From assembly GCA_913051545.1 (NCBI GenBank), contig CAJXCD010000002.1:55991-119990 (forward strand): a stretch of 64,000 bases of DNA. The letters are read 5' to 3'. The number at the start of each line of letters is the position of its first letter. Position 1 is the first letter of the stretch. Position numbers and translations under genes: made by a program. Under the pieces are notes generated by a model that worked only from the letters and a program-made list of their open reading frames with translations, did no database searches and was not told where the DNA came from. The DNA is from an uncultured Chloroflexota bacterium. GTDB lineage: Bacteria; Chloroflexota; Dehalococcoidia; Lucifugimonadales; CAJXCD01. Shown here in pieces: positions 1 through 10,021 of the stretch.

Positions 1-1309
1 AATCGAGGATTTTTCTAGAGACATCATGCGCTGATTCTGAAAATTGTTTAGCCAGAGTCGAATCCAAGTTCCATTCCATATCCACTGAGCAATTTAGTCC
101 TTCGGTTTCACATACTTTTATGTACTCTGTCTTTAATTTATTGAACGCTTCGTTAGTCTTATACAGTACTGCTGTTACCATAAATCTATTTGACAAATAG
201 AGACCTAGCTCATTGTCAAATACCTGTATTAAATCAACGAATGGTATCCACCCCTCCATAGCAAAAAACAGATTCTCAGGAATATCTTGGGATACCCTGT
301 GATAGTAAAAATCTTCCTCTATTACTGCCATACGTACCGGAACTGAAAGTTTAGATTTGTATCGAAGGAGTTCTTCACATTGTGTGTCCATCAGAAAGAG
401 GAACGGAATGTTTCCATTTGTTGCGTCTACCAGTATGGATTTGTCTTCGACTTCGTAAATTAATGCGGTATGTTGCCAGTATCGCATATATTTTTTAGAG
501 AAGCTAAAATCGAAAGAAACTAGTAGATCTCTCAGCTTTTCTTCTGGCACCGGGTTTGGTACATATGGGCCTGCTATTAAAAACTCCGATTTTAACCCGT
601 AATGGTCTGTTAAAAATTTTAATGCCTGAACTTTTTCTGAGCATATACCACCTCCAGAATTTTCCATTATCGCTTGGATGGTTTCATCGCCAGACTTATA
701 CGTTATATAATTCCCGCTGAATCTCGAATAGTTTTCAAAATCACTACTCCATATTTTTTTAGACAATGCTCTTAGAAATTTCAGTTTTGATTCTGATGTA
801 TTCAGCCCTAAGATTGATTGTGCGGTATACGACCCATATTCCTCTTCGATAATGGAAGTTACAAATTTTATATATTCGTCTTTTCTAAGATCCCATCTTC
901 TACGGTTGAATCCTTTCCAGTTACGATCATATCCAACTCCTATTCTGTCAATATCAATGTTTATTAATTCAAAGGTTTTAGAATTTATGGTCATGGGTAC
1001 AGTGCCTAAGACATCATCGAGGGATACCCGCTCAGAATTCTGTTCGAAAGCCACACCATTGTAGATTCCCTTGAGGTTGCCGTAATCATCACTCAAATAG
1101 ACATAGTCTTGTATTGCTGTAAGTGATGTGGACGAATTAGGAGTTATCCTGTTTTGTGATTCAAGTTCTATCGCTGAAGCGTGCTTTAAATATTTTTCCA
1201 ATAATTCTCCGAGGGAGAAATTTCGATCTCGATTTTCTATCCTTATAGCGCATTGTCTTCCTGAAACCGTGTCATTTATTCTTAATATAGTGTTCTCATG
1301 ATTATCCAT
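1..1309 (-). CDS. Transglutaminase/arylamine N-acetyltransferase-like (Cys-His-Asp) protein, C-terminus beyond the window edge
   Basis: Absent from the ORF track. Hand translation gives ATG at 1309 with GGAG upstream and an open frame to position 2 (>436 aa): MDNHENTILRIND...GGGICSEKVQALKFL...YWQHTALIYE...ILVDATNGNIPF. Confidence 0.8.
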   Translation of the reverse strand, partial: MDNHENTILRINDTVSGRQCAIRIENRDRNFSLGELLEKYLKHASAIELESQNRITPNSSTSLTAIQDYVYLSDDYGNLKGIYNGVAFEQNSERVSLDDVLGTVPMTINSKTFELINIDIDRIGVGYDRNWKGFNRRRWDLRKDEYIKFVTSIIEEEYGSYTAQSILGLNTSESKLKFLRALSKKIWSSDFENYSRFSGNYITYKSGDETIQAIMENSGGGICSEKVQALKFLTDHYGLKSEFLIAGPYVPNPVPEEKLRDLLVSFDFSFSKKYMRYWQHTALIYEVEDKSILVDATNGNIPFLFLMDTQCEELLRYKSKLSVPVRMAVIEEDFYYHRVSQDIPENLFFAMEGWIPFVDLIQVFDNELGLYLSNRFMVTAVLYKTNEAFNKLKTEYIKVCETEGLNCSVDMEWNLDSTLAKQFSESAHDVSRKILD

Positions 1310-1452
1310 TTAGTCTCCATTGAGGCATATAGGTATTTTTTAAGTATCGTTCGATTTGATGGTTTTTTTCGTTAGGATTAGAGGGTTATTACAATTTCCA
1401 AACCTAATTTCAGAACGTGCCTCAATATTTTTTGTATCGTAGTATATATAGT

Positions 1453-4400
1453 TCAGGTAGTTAAACGACGGTACAGGTATAACATTCTACGTGGAAGTGT
1501 ATTTATGTCATCCAGTACTTCATAGCCAATATCTTCGCACATAGTTTTTAGGTAATCATGCCCATTTTTATCTACTGTTAGGCAAAATGCGGTTATGTCT
1601 TTGTCCCTAGCTTCGTCCAATGCCTTTTTGGTGTCATGAACCGCGTATTCTTTTTCCACTCCTTCTCTACTGTAGCCACGATCTTGGGGTCGTCCGTCAC
1701 TTATTAGGAATAGGATTTTAGTTCTTGCATCTTGAGACTCCAGTTTGGTAGTAGCGTGTCTTATTGCCGGACCCATCCTGGTAGCGTGCATTGGTGCGAC
1801 GCGGTCTATTCTGCGTTTGACTGTATCCGAGAACGCTTCTTCTATGTCTTTAATGGTATAAAATTCAACATTTTCTCTGCCATATCCAGAGAACGCATAT
1901 ATTCCGTATACATCTCCTATTGTTTCTAATGCATTAATAAGTAAAACGACAGCTTCCTTTTCGAGATCAATGATTCGTTTATAGGACCGTCTAGTCCCTT
2001 CTCCACGTCTTGCTCTGAGCCAAGCCATATATTCGGTTTGGTCATTAGGAGCTTCCCATTTATCATCCGGATTCCTTGTCTCTTCAATTGCCTCTGCTGT
2101 AGATGCACTGGTATCTAAGAGGAAAATAACTGCCACATCCCTCTGTACCTTGTTTCTTCTCCAGTACAATTTTTCACTGGGTCCGGAACCAGTTTTAATG
2201 TCTATCATCGCCTCGATTGCGTCATCGATATCTATATCTTCTCCATCCACTAACTTACGTACTTTCCGTAATGTTTCTGGTGCCATTAGTTCAAATTGTC
2301 TTCGTATTTGACCTACTAACGCTCGGTAATCGTGTAGTGTTGCACTGTAGTATTCAGGGTTACCTTCCTCCATGTTCTTATGTTTAATTATGCACCAACG
2401 AGGTTTGTAGTCGCCAGCTCGGAAATCCCATTCGTCATACACAAAAGATTGATGTTCAGATGGGTCGAGAGCTCCTCCTTTTTCTTCTACGTGAAGATTG
2501 TCTACTTTGCCAGATAGTTGATCGGTATCCAGTCTAGAAGATGCTTCTTTAAGAATATTACTAGCAAATTGACTAGATGAGGATGTAGAACGGCTATTCT
2601 CGACGTTGTTCACATCGGCACTTTCTTTTAATAATTCCTCTATCATTTCCTGAGTAATTTCAACTTGGTTTTGATCATTTTTTTCGGATTCATTTTCGTT
2701 ACGTAGAGCAGACAATAGTTGAACTAACTCTGGTTTAAAATCACCTCGATAATCTACGTTCTGAACACTTTCATATTGATTTTCATCAGCATTATTTTCT
2801 TCCTGTTTCTTAGCTTGAGATTTGATTATATCTCGAAGAACATCTTCATCTTTTGGTTGATCAATGTCTTCTTGAGACTCACTATTTGAGTCCAAATCCT
2901 GCCATTCGTCATCGCTTAAATCTTCGTTAGGTACTTGGGATAGCATTGAATATATTCGGAGTGTTGCTTCTGCAGAATCTTCTACTAGCGCCCCGATAGT
3001 ACGGAAATTTCTAAGTATGAGTGACATGTTCTTAGCTACTTTTGAATATTTAGACGGGACAGGAATTACTGTATTTTGCTTTAAACTCAAAAGCACTAAG
3101 AATTCAACTAATGCTTCGCGTGCAGGTAACGATTTGATTTTGGGACGAGTAGAGATAGAGTCTGTTTGAATAGTATTGTATGACTGCTTTAACCCTAAGT
3201 AATTTTTCTTAATGATGCTGTCTATTCTGTAATCTTCGACAACAGAGAATATGTCTAAGGCAAGTTGCTTGTCGTCAAATAGCCGGAAGAACCTTTGCAT
3301 GTCTGTTACAGAATGTGGATTGGAGATTAGTGTTGCAGGAACATATTTCTCCGAATTTTTAAGCATGGATGACTCCGAATACCGATTTTCCAGTTCGCAT
3401 CTCAAGTCGCTAAAAATAGTCGAAGGTCGCTCGAATTTAAACCCAAAACTACCAAATTCTAAGTGGCCAACTTGGTGAGTAGATACTACCTTCAACCAAG
3501 CAAAATTATCGATTTTATGACTGTATCTGTCTATAAGTGAAGGAAGATATACTATGGATCCTTCAGTGGATGGGGATTCATTTGATATCCATCCGATATT
3601 TTTGTCTACTAAGTCTTCACTGGGTGCAATTTGAATTTCTGATCCTGCTAAGGCTTGGCAATACATTTCTATTAAATGCTTAACTTTCTCGAATTCCACG
3701 CTTGATGACAAAGACTCTATTACTTGTTGGGAATGTGATGATTCCACTCTGAAAAAAGAGACTCCGGCATCAATGTTTTTCAGGAGAATGTTTAATCCTT
3801 CCTTGTGCCACCTTTCAATTTGGCCAATATCAATTCTTTGTAGGTTATTGGGTGCTGTAAGAACGAATTCACTGGTTGCTTCAGTCGAAATAGTTAACAA
3901 TTGCTCTGCAAGGCCTATTATTTGTCCTTGAATCGATTGGTCAATTAGTGAAAGAGATTTTGACAGCTGGAGTGTGGTAGAAGGAATATTTGATGAATTT
4001 TCAGATTCTTGAAAACACGATATTATATCCAGAAATCGTGGACGTTGAAGTGCATGTATTTCGGGAAGCATTTCAGATGAAATTTTCAAGAAACTAGGCA
4101 CCTCTTTCCAATTAGTTTCTAAGAGGATAGATGAGATTGATAGAATGGCTGTTTTGTTTTTGTCTAGTGAAGTGAATACTTTTTTGCAGTGATCGAGGCA
4201 GTCGATAGCCGTATCAATCGATTTTAAGGATATAGCATCTAGGAAATTTACAAATGTTTCCATCTCCATCATTGAGAGTGAAGATACTAATTCAGGACTG
4301 CTATTAAAAAATTTCGAGGCCAGTCTTCCCGATTTCCATGTCTCTTTATATAACGTATGACCAAAATTAGCCCAGGTTTCTATATGCCTTGACCTAAGTT

Positions 4401-4740
4401 TAGTCATCACGTTAGGGCTAGCTTGAAAATAACTGGTGGCAAGTTGCGGTGATTTTTTACACAGGTTGGCTCCGCAATGTGACCACTTTACGAAGTAAGT
4501 GTGAGGTATCAGATTTGCTATTTGGGAACTACTATAAAAATACGAAGCGGCAGTTTCCCATGACCTACTAGTTTGATTAGCTAAACTTAATCCTAGGTTT
4601 GCCCAAACGTTTAATTCATTGAGATCTTTTGTGGTTGAAATTATTTCCAAGGCAGATTCGAATTCCTCAATGAGCTTTGTAGGGTGTTTTAGTAACTCAG
4701 ACAATATTGTATTGTCAATCTCTTTGTGTTTCTGCGTCAC
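1453..4740 (-). CDS. CbbO/NorD-like von Willebrand factor A protein (AAA+ adaptor) with a long N-terminal helical extension
   Basis: YDEWDF motif and C-terminal MIDAS (DTSAS...TRMGPAIRHA...ISDGRP); lies in a cluster with a CbbQ-type ATPase. Confidence 0.85.
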   Translation of the reverse strand: MTQKHKEIDNTILSELLKHPTKLIEEFESALEIISTTKDLNELNVWANLGLSLANQTSRSWETAASYFYSSSQIANLIPHTYFVKWSHCGANLCKKSPQLATSYFQASPNVMTKLRSRHIETWANFGHTLYKETWKSGRLASKFFNSSPELVSSLSMMEMETFVNFLDAISLKSIDTAIDCLDHCKKVFTSLDKNKTAILSISSILLETNWKEVPSFLKISSEMLPEIHALQRPRFLDIISCFQESENSSNIPSTTLQLSKSLSLIDQSIQGQIIGLAEQLLTISTEATSEFVLTAPNNLQRIDIGQIERWHKEGLNILLKNIDAGVSFFRVESSHSQQVIESLSSSVEFEKVKHLIEMYCQALAGSEIQIAPSEDLVDKNIGWISNESPSTEGSIVYLPSLIDRYSHKIDNFAWLKVVSTHQVGHLEFGSFGFKFERPSTIFSDLRCELENRYSESSMLKNSEKYVPATLISNPHSVTDMQRFFRLFDDKQLALDIFSVVEDYRIDSIIKKNYLGLKQSYNTIQTDSISTRPKIKSLPAREALVEFLVLLSLKQNTVIPVPSKYSKVAKNMSLILRNFRTIGALVEDSAEATLRIYSMLSQVPNEDLSDDEWQDLDSNSESQEDIDQPKDEDVLRDIIKSQAKKQEENNADENQYESVQNVDYRGDFKPELVQLLSALRNENESEKNDQNQVEITQEMIEELLKESADVNNVENSRSTSSSSQFASNILKEASSRLDTDQLSGKVDNLHVEEKGGALDPSEHQSFVYDEWDFRAGDYKPRWCIIKHKNMEEGNPEYYSATLHDYRALVGQIRRQFELMAPETLRKVRKLVDGEDIDIDDAIEAMIDIKTGSGPSEKLYWRRNKVQRDVAVIFLLDTSASTAEAIEETRNPDDKWEAPNDQTEYMAWLRARRGEGTRRSYKRIIDLEKEAVVLLINALETIGDVYGIYAFSGYGRENVEFYTIKDIEEAFSDTVKRRIDRVAPMHATRMGPAIRHATTKLESQDARTKILFLISDGRPQDRGYSREGVEKEYAVHDTKKALDEARDKDITAFCLTVDKNGHDYLKTMCEDIGYEVLDDINTLPRRMLYLYRRLTT

Positions 4741-5321
4741 AAAATATCCTTTTTACTGGAGTTATGTATCAGGGTTAGTAGTTGGTAAAGTATGTTTGCG
4801 GTGGCTCCGTACACTAAATTGCCCTTGTAAGCGTATGCTGGTTTAGTTACTATTTCCCCTGCCTCAAATTTAGAATCATATCTTAATGATGCAGGTTTGG
4901 AGAGTTCGATTAATGGTATTTCAATTATATTTTGGACTTCTTTTGGGTTAGCTTTGAATGGGTAAGATTCACGAATTGTTCCAACCACAGGGCTTATTAA
5001 ATAATTGGTGTTAGTAACTGTATCGTCTAGTTCGCCTAGAATTTCTACGTCATTGGGCTCAATGCCCATTTCTTCATTGGCTTCTCGGAGTGCTGTGTCC
5101 CATGAATTCCTGTCAATAGATTCTTTTCGGCCTCCTGGCAAAGAAATTTCTCTTTTGTGATCTGTTACTAATTCACTCCGTCTATTTAACAACATGTGTG
5201 TTATGTCTGACTTTGGGTATATTAGTAGTAACACGGAAGCTGAAACCATTGTGGGATTATTAATCGACTTTTTTACTCTTGATGATAAGGCATTTCTAGT
5301 GAGGTTTACCAAGTCATCCAT
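4737..5321 (-). CDS. Nudix hydrolase, CoA pyrophosphatase family
   Basis: LLNRRS...H..EISLPGG, Nudix box ALREANEEMG, C-terminal YGATA. Confidence 0.85.
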   Translation of the reverse strand: MDDLVNLTRNALSSRVKKSINNPTMVSASVLLLIYPKSDITHMLLNRRSELVTDHKREISLPGGRKESIDRNSWDTALREANEEMGIEPNDVEILGELDDTVTNTNYLISPVVGTIRESYPFKANPKEVQNIIEIPLIELSKPASLRYDSKFEAGEIVTKPAYAYKGNLVYGATANILYQLLTLIHNSSKKDIL

Positions 5322-5505
5322 TTTTCAATCCTGAATGTGTATGTGTGAACCGATTACTATAGTAGCTAGAAGGCATCGTTAAATTTTTAGTCTCGTTTTA
5401 ATTCAGATAATTCAGTGTTTTTAGATGTATTCTATTTAAAAACTAAATCATATAAATGCCAGATTGCCACTTCTTGATCTTCTGATTTTGGTGAAAATAC
5501 TGTAT

Positions 5506-6423
5506 TTACTCAAAAATAGAGGAGATCACTTCCTCAACAGTGCGGTGGATAGAGAAATCATCAGTGATTGCCCAATTTACCGCCACTTGGCAAGCACGTC
5601 TGGGACTTATGCCTTGTGTCATAAGTTTGCCCGCATATATCAGCAGTCTGGTACTAGCACCTTCTGAAAGGCCATGTTCTTTGAGGTTGCGGACCTTTTC
5701 TCCTAGGCGTGCTAGTTGGTCGGCAGTTTGCTTATTAACTCCCGACTCATGTCTGATTATGTCAGATTCTATGTCTCTGGGTGGCGGATCAAATTCAATG
5801 GCAATGAAACGTTGGCGAGTACTGTGTTTTAAATCTTTCAAAGCGGTTTGGTATCCAGGGTTATAAGACATCACTAGTAAGAATCCTTCGGCTGCTTCAA
5901 TAAGCTCACCACGCTTTTCTATCGGTAAAATCCTTCTATGATCCGTAAGGGGGTGAATAAGTACTGTAGTGTCTTTGCGAGCCTCTACAATTTCATCTAG
6001 ATAACATATACCACCTGATTTTACTGCTCTGGTTAGAGGTCCGTCTATCCATTCGGTACTATCTCCTTGCAATAGGTAACGTCCAACTAGATCACTAGCC
6101 GTGAGATCTTCGTGGCAGGCAATAGTTACTAGAGGTAGATTTTGCCCACTGTTTTTGGACGATTTATTACGTGATAAAGAAGACTTTTGTGAGGAGTGTT
6201 TTTTAACTTTAGTGAGAGGTTTACCCAGCTTGTAAGACATGTATTCGACGAATCTTGTTTTACCCACGCCGGTAGGACCCTTAAAAAGGATAGGTATTTT
6301 TTGCTCATATGCTGCTTGAAAAAGCTCTACTTCATCCCCTATAGGTAAATAAAATGGTTCTTCAGAGAGAAAGTATTCTTCTACGATGTAACTTTGGTAC
6401 AGTGTTTGAGTTGTTGTGTTCAT
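5506..6423 (-). CDS. CbbQ/NirQ/NorQ-family MoxR AAA+ ATPase
   Basis: Walker A GPTGVGKT, CHEDLTASDLVGR, Walker B YLDE, SYNPGYQ, STRQRF, ASTRLL. Confidence 0.92.
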   Translation of the reverse strand: MNTTTQTLYQSYIVEEYFLSEEPFYLPIGDEVELFQAAYEQKIPILFKGPTGVGKTRFVEYMSYKLGKPLTKVKKHSSQKSSLSRNKSSKNSGQNLPLVTIACHEDLTASDLVGRYLLQGDSTEWIDGPLTRAVKSGGICYLDEIVEARKDTTVLIHPLTDHRRILPIEKRGELIEAAEGFLLVMSYNPGYQTALKDLKHSTRQRFIAIEFDPPPRDIESDIIRHESGVNKQTADQLARLGEKVRNLKEHGLSEGASTRLLIYAGKLMTQGISPRRACQVAVNWAITDDFSIHRTVEEVISSIFE

Positions 6424-7055
6424 TAAACATCTTCTCGTTTATTTTTAAGTGCAATATGTTGATTCCATATCTGTGAAACGGTGTGTTCTAAGTCATTTAG
6501 ATTCCCACTATTGTCTATTATTACGTCAGCATACTTTTTTCGTTCGCTTTGACTGGTCTGTGCTCTAATTGTTTCGTTTATCATCTCCATAGATATATTG
6601 TTCCGCTTTCTTAGTCTTTCCACAACCATTTCCGGAGGTGAGTCTGTTACCCAAATCTCATTTATGAGCGATGTCCAGGCTTCGTCTCGTATAATCGCTT
6701 CCACTAGCAAAGGAATCTCTATGACTAAAACTTCAGTTCCTCCTTTGGAATGCTGTTGTATTAGGTTTGTAATTAGCTTCTGTACTTCCGGGTGGACTAA
6801 TGAATTTAGTTTATTCAGAGCTAATCCGTCACTAAACACAATCTCTCGAAGTTTAGAACGGTCAATATCTCCGTTCGATCTAAGTATTTGATGTCCAAAT
6901 TCGGATACTATTTTGCTCCATGTTTGAGTCCCGTATATGTATGTCTGGTGGGCAAGTTCATCTGCATAGACCAACGGAGCCCCAAATCCCGAGAGGATTT
7001 TTGAGACTTCAGTTTTTCCGGTACCTATTCCACCCGTCAGTCCGATTACGAGCAT
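6423..7055 (-). CDS. coaE: Dephospho-CoA kinase
   Basis: IGLTGGIGTGKT P-loop, IDRSKLREIVF, LNSLVHP, EIPLL, ADVIIDN. Confidence 0.93.
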   Translation of the reverse strand: MLVIGLTGGIGTGKTEVSKILSGFGAPLVYADELAHQTYIYGTQTWSKIVSEFGHQILRSNGDIDRSKLREIVFSDGLALNKLNSLVHPEVQKLITNLIQQHSKGGTEVLVIEIPLLVEAIIRDEAWTSLINEIWVTDSPPEMVVERLRKRNNISMEMINETIRAQTSQSERKKYADVIIDNSGNLNDLEHTVSQIWNQHIALKNKREDV

Positions 7056-7203
7056 TCAGACCACTTAAATACAGATTCACGCTATTTTAGCATAAGATCA
7101 TTCTCAAGTTGTAAGATATCATTACAGGGTTATTTTTCTTACACCCTCGTGCGAATTAACCTGATTTTAGAGTGTTGGTAGTTATTGGGTACACCCTCTG
7201 GGT

Positions 7204-7209
7204 TATAAT
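7204..7209 (+). promoter_or_regulatory. Putative -10 box of selA
   Basis: TATAAT about 30 nt upstream of the GGAGG-preceded ATG at 7238. Confidence 0.4.
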
Positions 7210-7237
7210 ACCGGGGAAAGATTTGGAGGCCAAAGAT

Positions 7238-8611
7238 ATGGCGGCCGAGTTCCGAAAATTACCCAGCGTAGATAGTATCCTGTCGGATGAGAGGATAAAG
7301 GATCTTAGTGATAAATACTCTCGCCTAGTAGTAGTTTCGGTTGTTAGAACTCAACTCGATTATGCAAGGAAATTATTAAAGGAGGGTGGTCACTTACTTG
7401 AAGTCGAAGAGCTTGTGACATCAGTTTTAGATAGTGTAAATCAACATTGGTTTCCATCACCTATCCAAGTTATTAATGCTACCGGCGTTATTTTACATAC
7501 CAATCTTGGGCGCGCTCCTTTGTCTATTGAGGCGTTGGATTCCATCCGTCAGTCAAGTATGGGTTACAGTGACTTGGAATTCGATACCGGTACCGGACGT
7601 AGAGGTTCACGACACTCCTACGCAGCAAGAATTTTGTCCCATCTAACTGGTTCCGAGTCCGCTATCGTAGTAAACAACAATGCATCTGCAATTATGTTAG
7701 GACTAGTAGCTATAGCATCTGGGTCAGAAGTTATTGTCTCTCGCGGGGAGTCTCTTGAAATAGGTGGTGGGTTCCGCATTCCGGACGTTTTAAAACAAAG
7801 TGGTGCTACTCTGATAGAGGTTGGAACTACAAACCGCACTTACGTTAACGATTATGAGGATGCCGTATCTGATCGCACTGGGGCGATTTTGTCTGTGCAC
7901 TCCAGTAACTTTAAAGTTACTGGATTCACGCATTCACCATCTCTATTAGAATTGGTAAACCTTGGTCGTAAACATAACATTCCCGTTCTTCATGACCTGG
8001 GAAGTGGTTCATTGATTGACACTTCGTTATTCGGCTTAGCTCATGAGCCAATGCCTCAGGAGAGTATTGCCGCGGGAGCGTCACTATCCTTCTTTTCCGG
8101 GGACAAGTTACTAGGTGGTCCACAAGCGGGAATTATAGTAGGGGGTGAAGAGTATGTGTCGAAAGTTGCTAATCATCCTATAGCTAGAGCTGTTAGGATA
8201 GACAAACTTAGTTTATCAGCCCTTACTGCCACGCTCCTTGCGTATTTGAGAGACGATGTTATCTCAGTAGTTCCTGTGTGGGCAATGATTTCTGAAAAAG
8301 TTGATGCAATTGGTGATAGGGCAAGAAATTGGAATCGGATCTTGGGAAATAAATATGAGGTTGTTGAAGGTTATTCAACTGTAGGAGGAGGGAGTCTGCC
8401 TGATCAACAGCTTCCTACTTGGTTGCTATCCATAGACCCAAGTCCTGACGGGTCAGATTCTTTAAGTGCCGCTTTGAGGAATGCTTATAAACCTGTTATA
8501 TCTAGAATTGAAAACGATCGAATATTGCTAGACCCTCGTACAGTTTTGCATGACCAAGATGACGATCTGCTAGATGTAATAAAATCGGTGTTGCTAAGAA
8601 CACAGTCCTAA
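7238..8611 (+). CDS. selA: L-seryl-tRNA(Sec) selenium transferase
   Basis: INATGVILHTNLGRAPL, VNNNA, EVGTTNRT, PLP lysine FSGDKLLGGPQAG. Start moved to ATG 7238, which follows GGAGG. Confidence 0.95.
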   Translation: MAAEFRKLPSVDSILSDERIKDLSDKYSRLVVVSVVRTQLDYARKLLKEGGHLLEVEELVTSVLDSVNQHWFPSPIQVINATGVILHTNLGRAPLSIEALDSIRQSSMGYSDLEFDTGTGRRGSRHSYAARILSHLTGSESAIVVNNNASAIMLGLVAIASGSEVIVSRGESLEIGGGFRIPDVLKQSGATLIEVGTTNRTYVNDYEDAVSDRTGAILSVHSSNFKVTGFTHSPSLLELVNLGRKHNIPVLHDLGSGSLIDTSLFGLAHEPMPQESIAAGASLSFFSGDKLLGGPQAGIIVGGEEYVSKVANHPIARAVRIDKLSLSALTATLLAYLRDDVISVVPVWAMISEKVDAIGDRARNWNRILGNKYEVVEGYSTVGGGSLPDQQLPTWLLSIDPSPDGSDSLSAALRNAYKPVISRIENDRILLDPRTVLHDQDDDLLDVIKSVLLRTQS

Positions 8612-8662
8612 ATGTTCAGAGGGGAATGGATAACCGGGATTTTCCCGTCGGGTTCATAAACG

Positions 8663-10021
8663 GTGTCAAGTGTGACGTTATTTGATTATCAAGCAGATAT
8701 AAGTATGGGTAGTGACGGTCCTTTAGCATCCCGTATGAGGCCCACGTCATTTGATGAATTAATTGGTCAAGAGCATATTGTGGGGCCAGGTCGTGTGCTG
8801 AGGAAAAGCATAGAGTCTGACAAACTTCCTTCAATGATTCTATGGGGCCCCCCCGGTACTGGCAAAACGACTTTGGCACATCTGATATCTAATATTACAC
8901 GTAGCCATTATGCTTCGATTAGTGCTGTTGGGTCAGGTGTTGCTGATTTGCGCAAGGTTGTCGAAGACGCAAAAGAAAGACTGGGCATGCATGGTAAACG
9001 TACTATTTTATTTATTGATGAAATACATCGTTTTAATAAATCTCAGCAGGATGTAGTGTTGCCACATGTTGAGAGTGGGGTAGTTACTTTGATTGGTGCT
9101 ACCACAGAGAATCCATCATTTGAGGTTATATCACCTCTTCTTTCGAGGTCTCGAGTATACACTCTAAAATCCTTAACAGACCTTCAGATAGAGGAGATAC
9201 TGCGGAGAGCACTTACTGACGTCAAGCGAGGGGTAGGTTCGCTTTCTGCTAGATTAGATCCGGATGCACTAAGTACTATTGTTACACTTTCAGGGGGTGA
9301 CGCAAGAGTTGCATTGAATTCTTTAGAATTAGCGGTTCACGCAACTGATATAACTAAAGAAGGTGTTCGGCATGTTACCTCAGAGGTTGTAGAAGATGCA
9401 ATTCAGAGACAATCACTTTTATATGATAAGGCAGGGGATAAGCATTACGACACTATATCGGCATACATCAAATCCGTAAGGGGATCGGATCCAGATGCTG
9501 CTATATATTGGCTGGCACGTATGATAGAGGCAGGTGAAGATCCAATTTTCATTTCACGCAGGTTGGTAATATTAGCTGCCGAAGACATAGGTTTAGCCGA
9601 TCCGCAAGCGTTAACAATTGCAGTGGCAGCACAGCAAGCAGTTCATTTCATAGGTATGCCAGAGGGACGAATCCCATTAGCTGAGGCTACTATATACCTT
9701 GCTTCAGCTCCAAAAAGTAACTCAGCTTACAAAGCTGTAGATAAAGCTTTAGATGAAGTGAGACGTACGGGAAGTCAACCAGTGCCTATGCATTTGAGAA
9801 ATGCAGTAACCAGCCTGATGAAAGATTCTGGGTATGGAGCAGGATATAAATATGCACACAAATATAAAGATCATTTTACTCCGATGGAGAATTTGCCTGA
9901 AAAATTGAGAGGCTCTAAGTATTATGAACCGTCAAATTCCGGTTACGAGCGTTCAATATTGGACAGGTTGAAAAAGTGGTGGGGCAAAAGGCGGGAACAA
10001 AAAGCATCGGAAGATTCTTAA
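8663..10021 (+). CDS. rarA: Replication-associated recombination protein A (MgsA/RarA)
   Basis: PLASRMRP, GPPGTGKTT, FIDEIHRFNK, GATTENP, KSVRGSDPDAA, EDIGLADP. Confidence 0.95.
   Translation: MSSVTLFDYQADISMGSDGPLASRMRPTSFDELIGQEHIVGPGRVLRKSIESDKLPSMILWGPPGTGKTTLAHLISNITRSHYASISAVGSGVADLRKVVEDAKERLGMHGKRTILFIDEIHRFNKSQQDVVLPHVESGVVTLIGATTENPSFEVISPLLSRSRVYTLKSLTDLQIEEILRRALTDVKRGVGSLSARLDPDALSTIVTLSGGDARVALNSLELAVHATDITKEGVRHVTSEVVEDAIQRQSLLYDKAGDKHYDTISAYIKSVRGSDPDAAIYWLARMIEAGEDPIFISRRLVILAAEDIGLADPQALTIAVAAQQAVHFIGMPEGRIPLAEATIYLASAPKSNSAYKAVDKALDEVRRTGSQPVPMHLRNAVTSLMKDSGYGAGYKYAHKYKDHFTPMENLPEKLRGSKYYEPSNSGYERSILDRLKKWWGKRREQKASEDS

Noticed and set aside
852-1064. 70-aa plus-strand ORF
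   Set aside because: Antisense to the long minus-strand ORF at 1-1309.
1453-6423. CbbQ/CbbO as evidence of Calvin-cycle carbon fixation or denitrification
   Set aside because: No Rubisco, phosphoribulokinase or nor gene is in the window; the family assignment alone does not identify the client.
8595-8662. Possible SOS box upstream of rarA
   Set aside because: GAAC and GTTC are present but not at N4 spacing; only a short CGGGA/TCCCG hairpin is seen.
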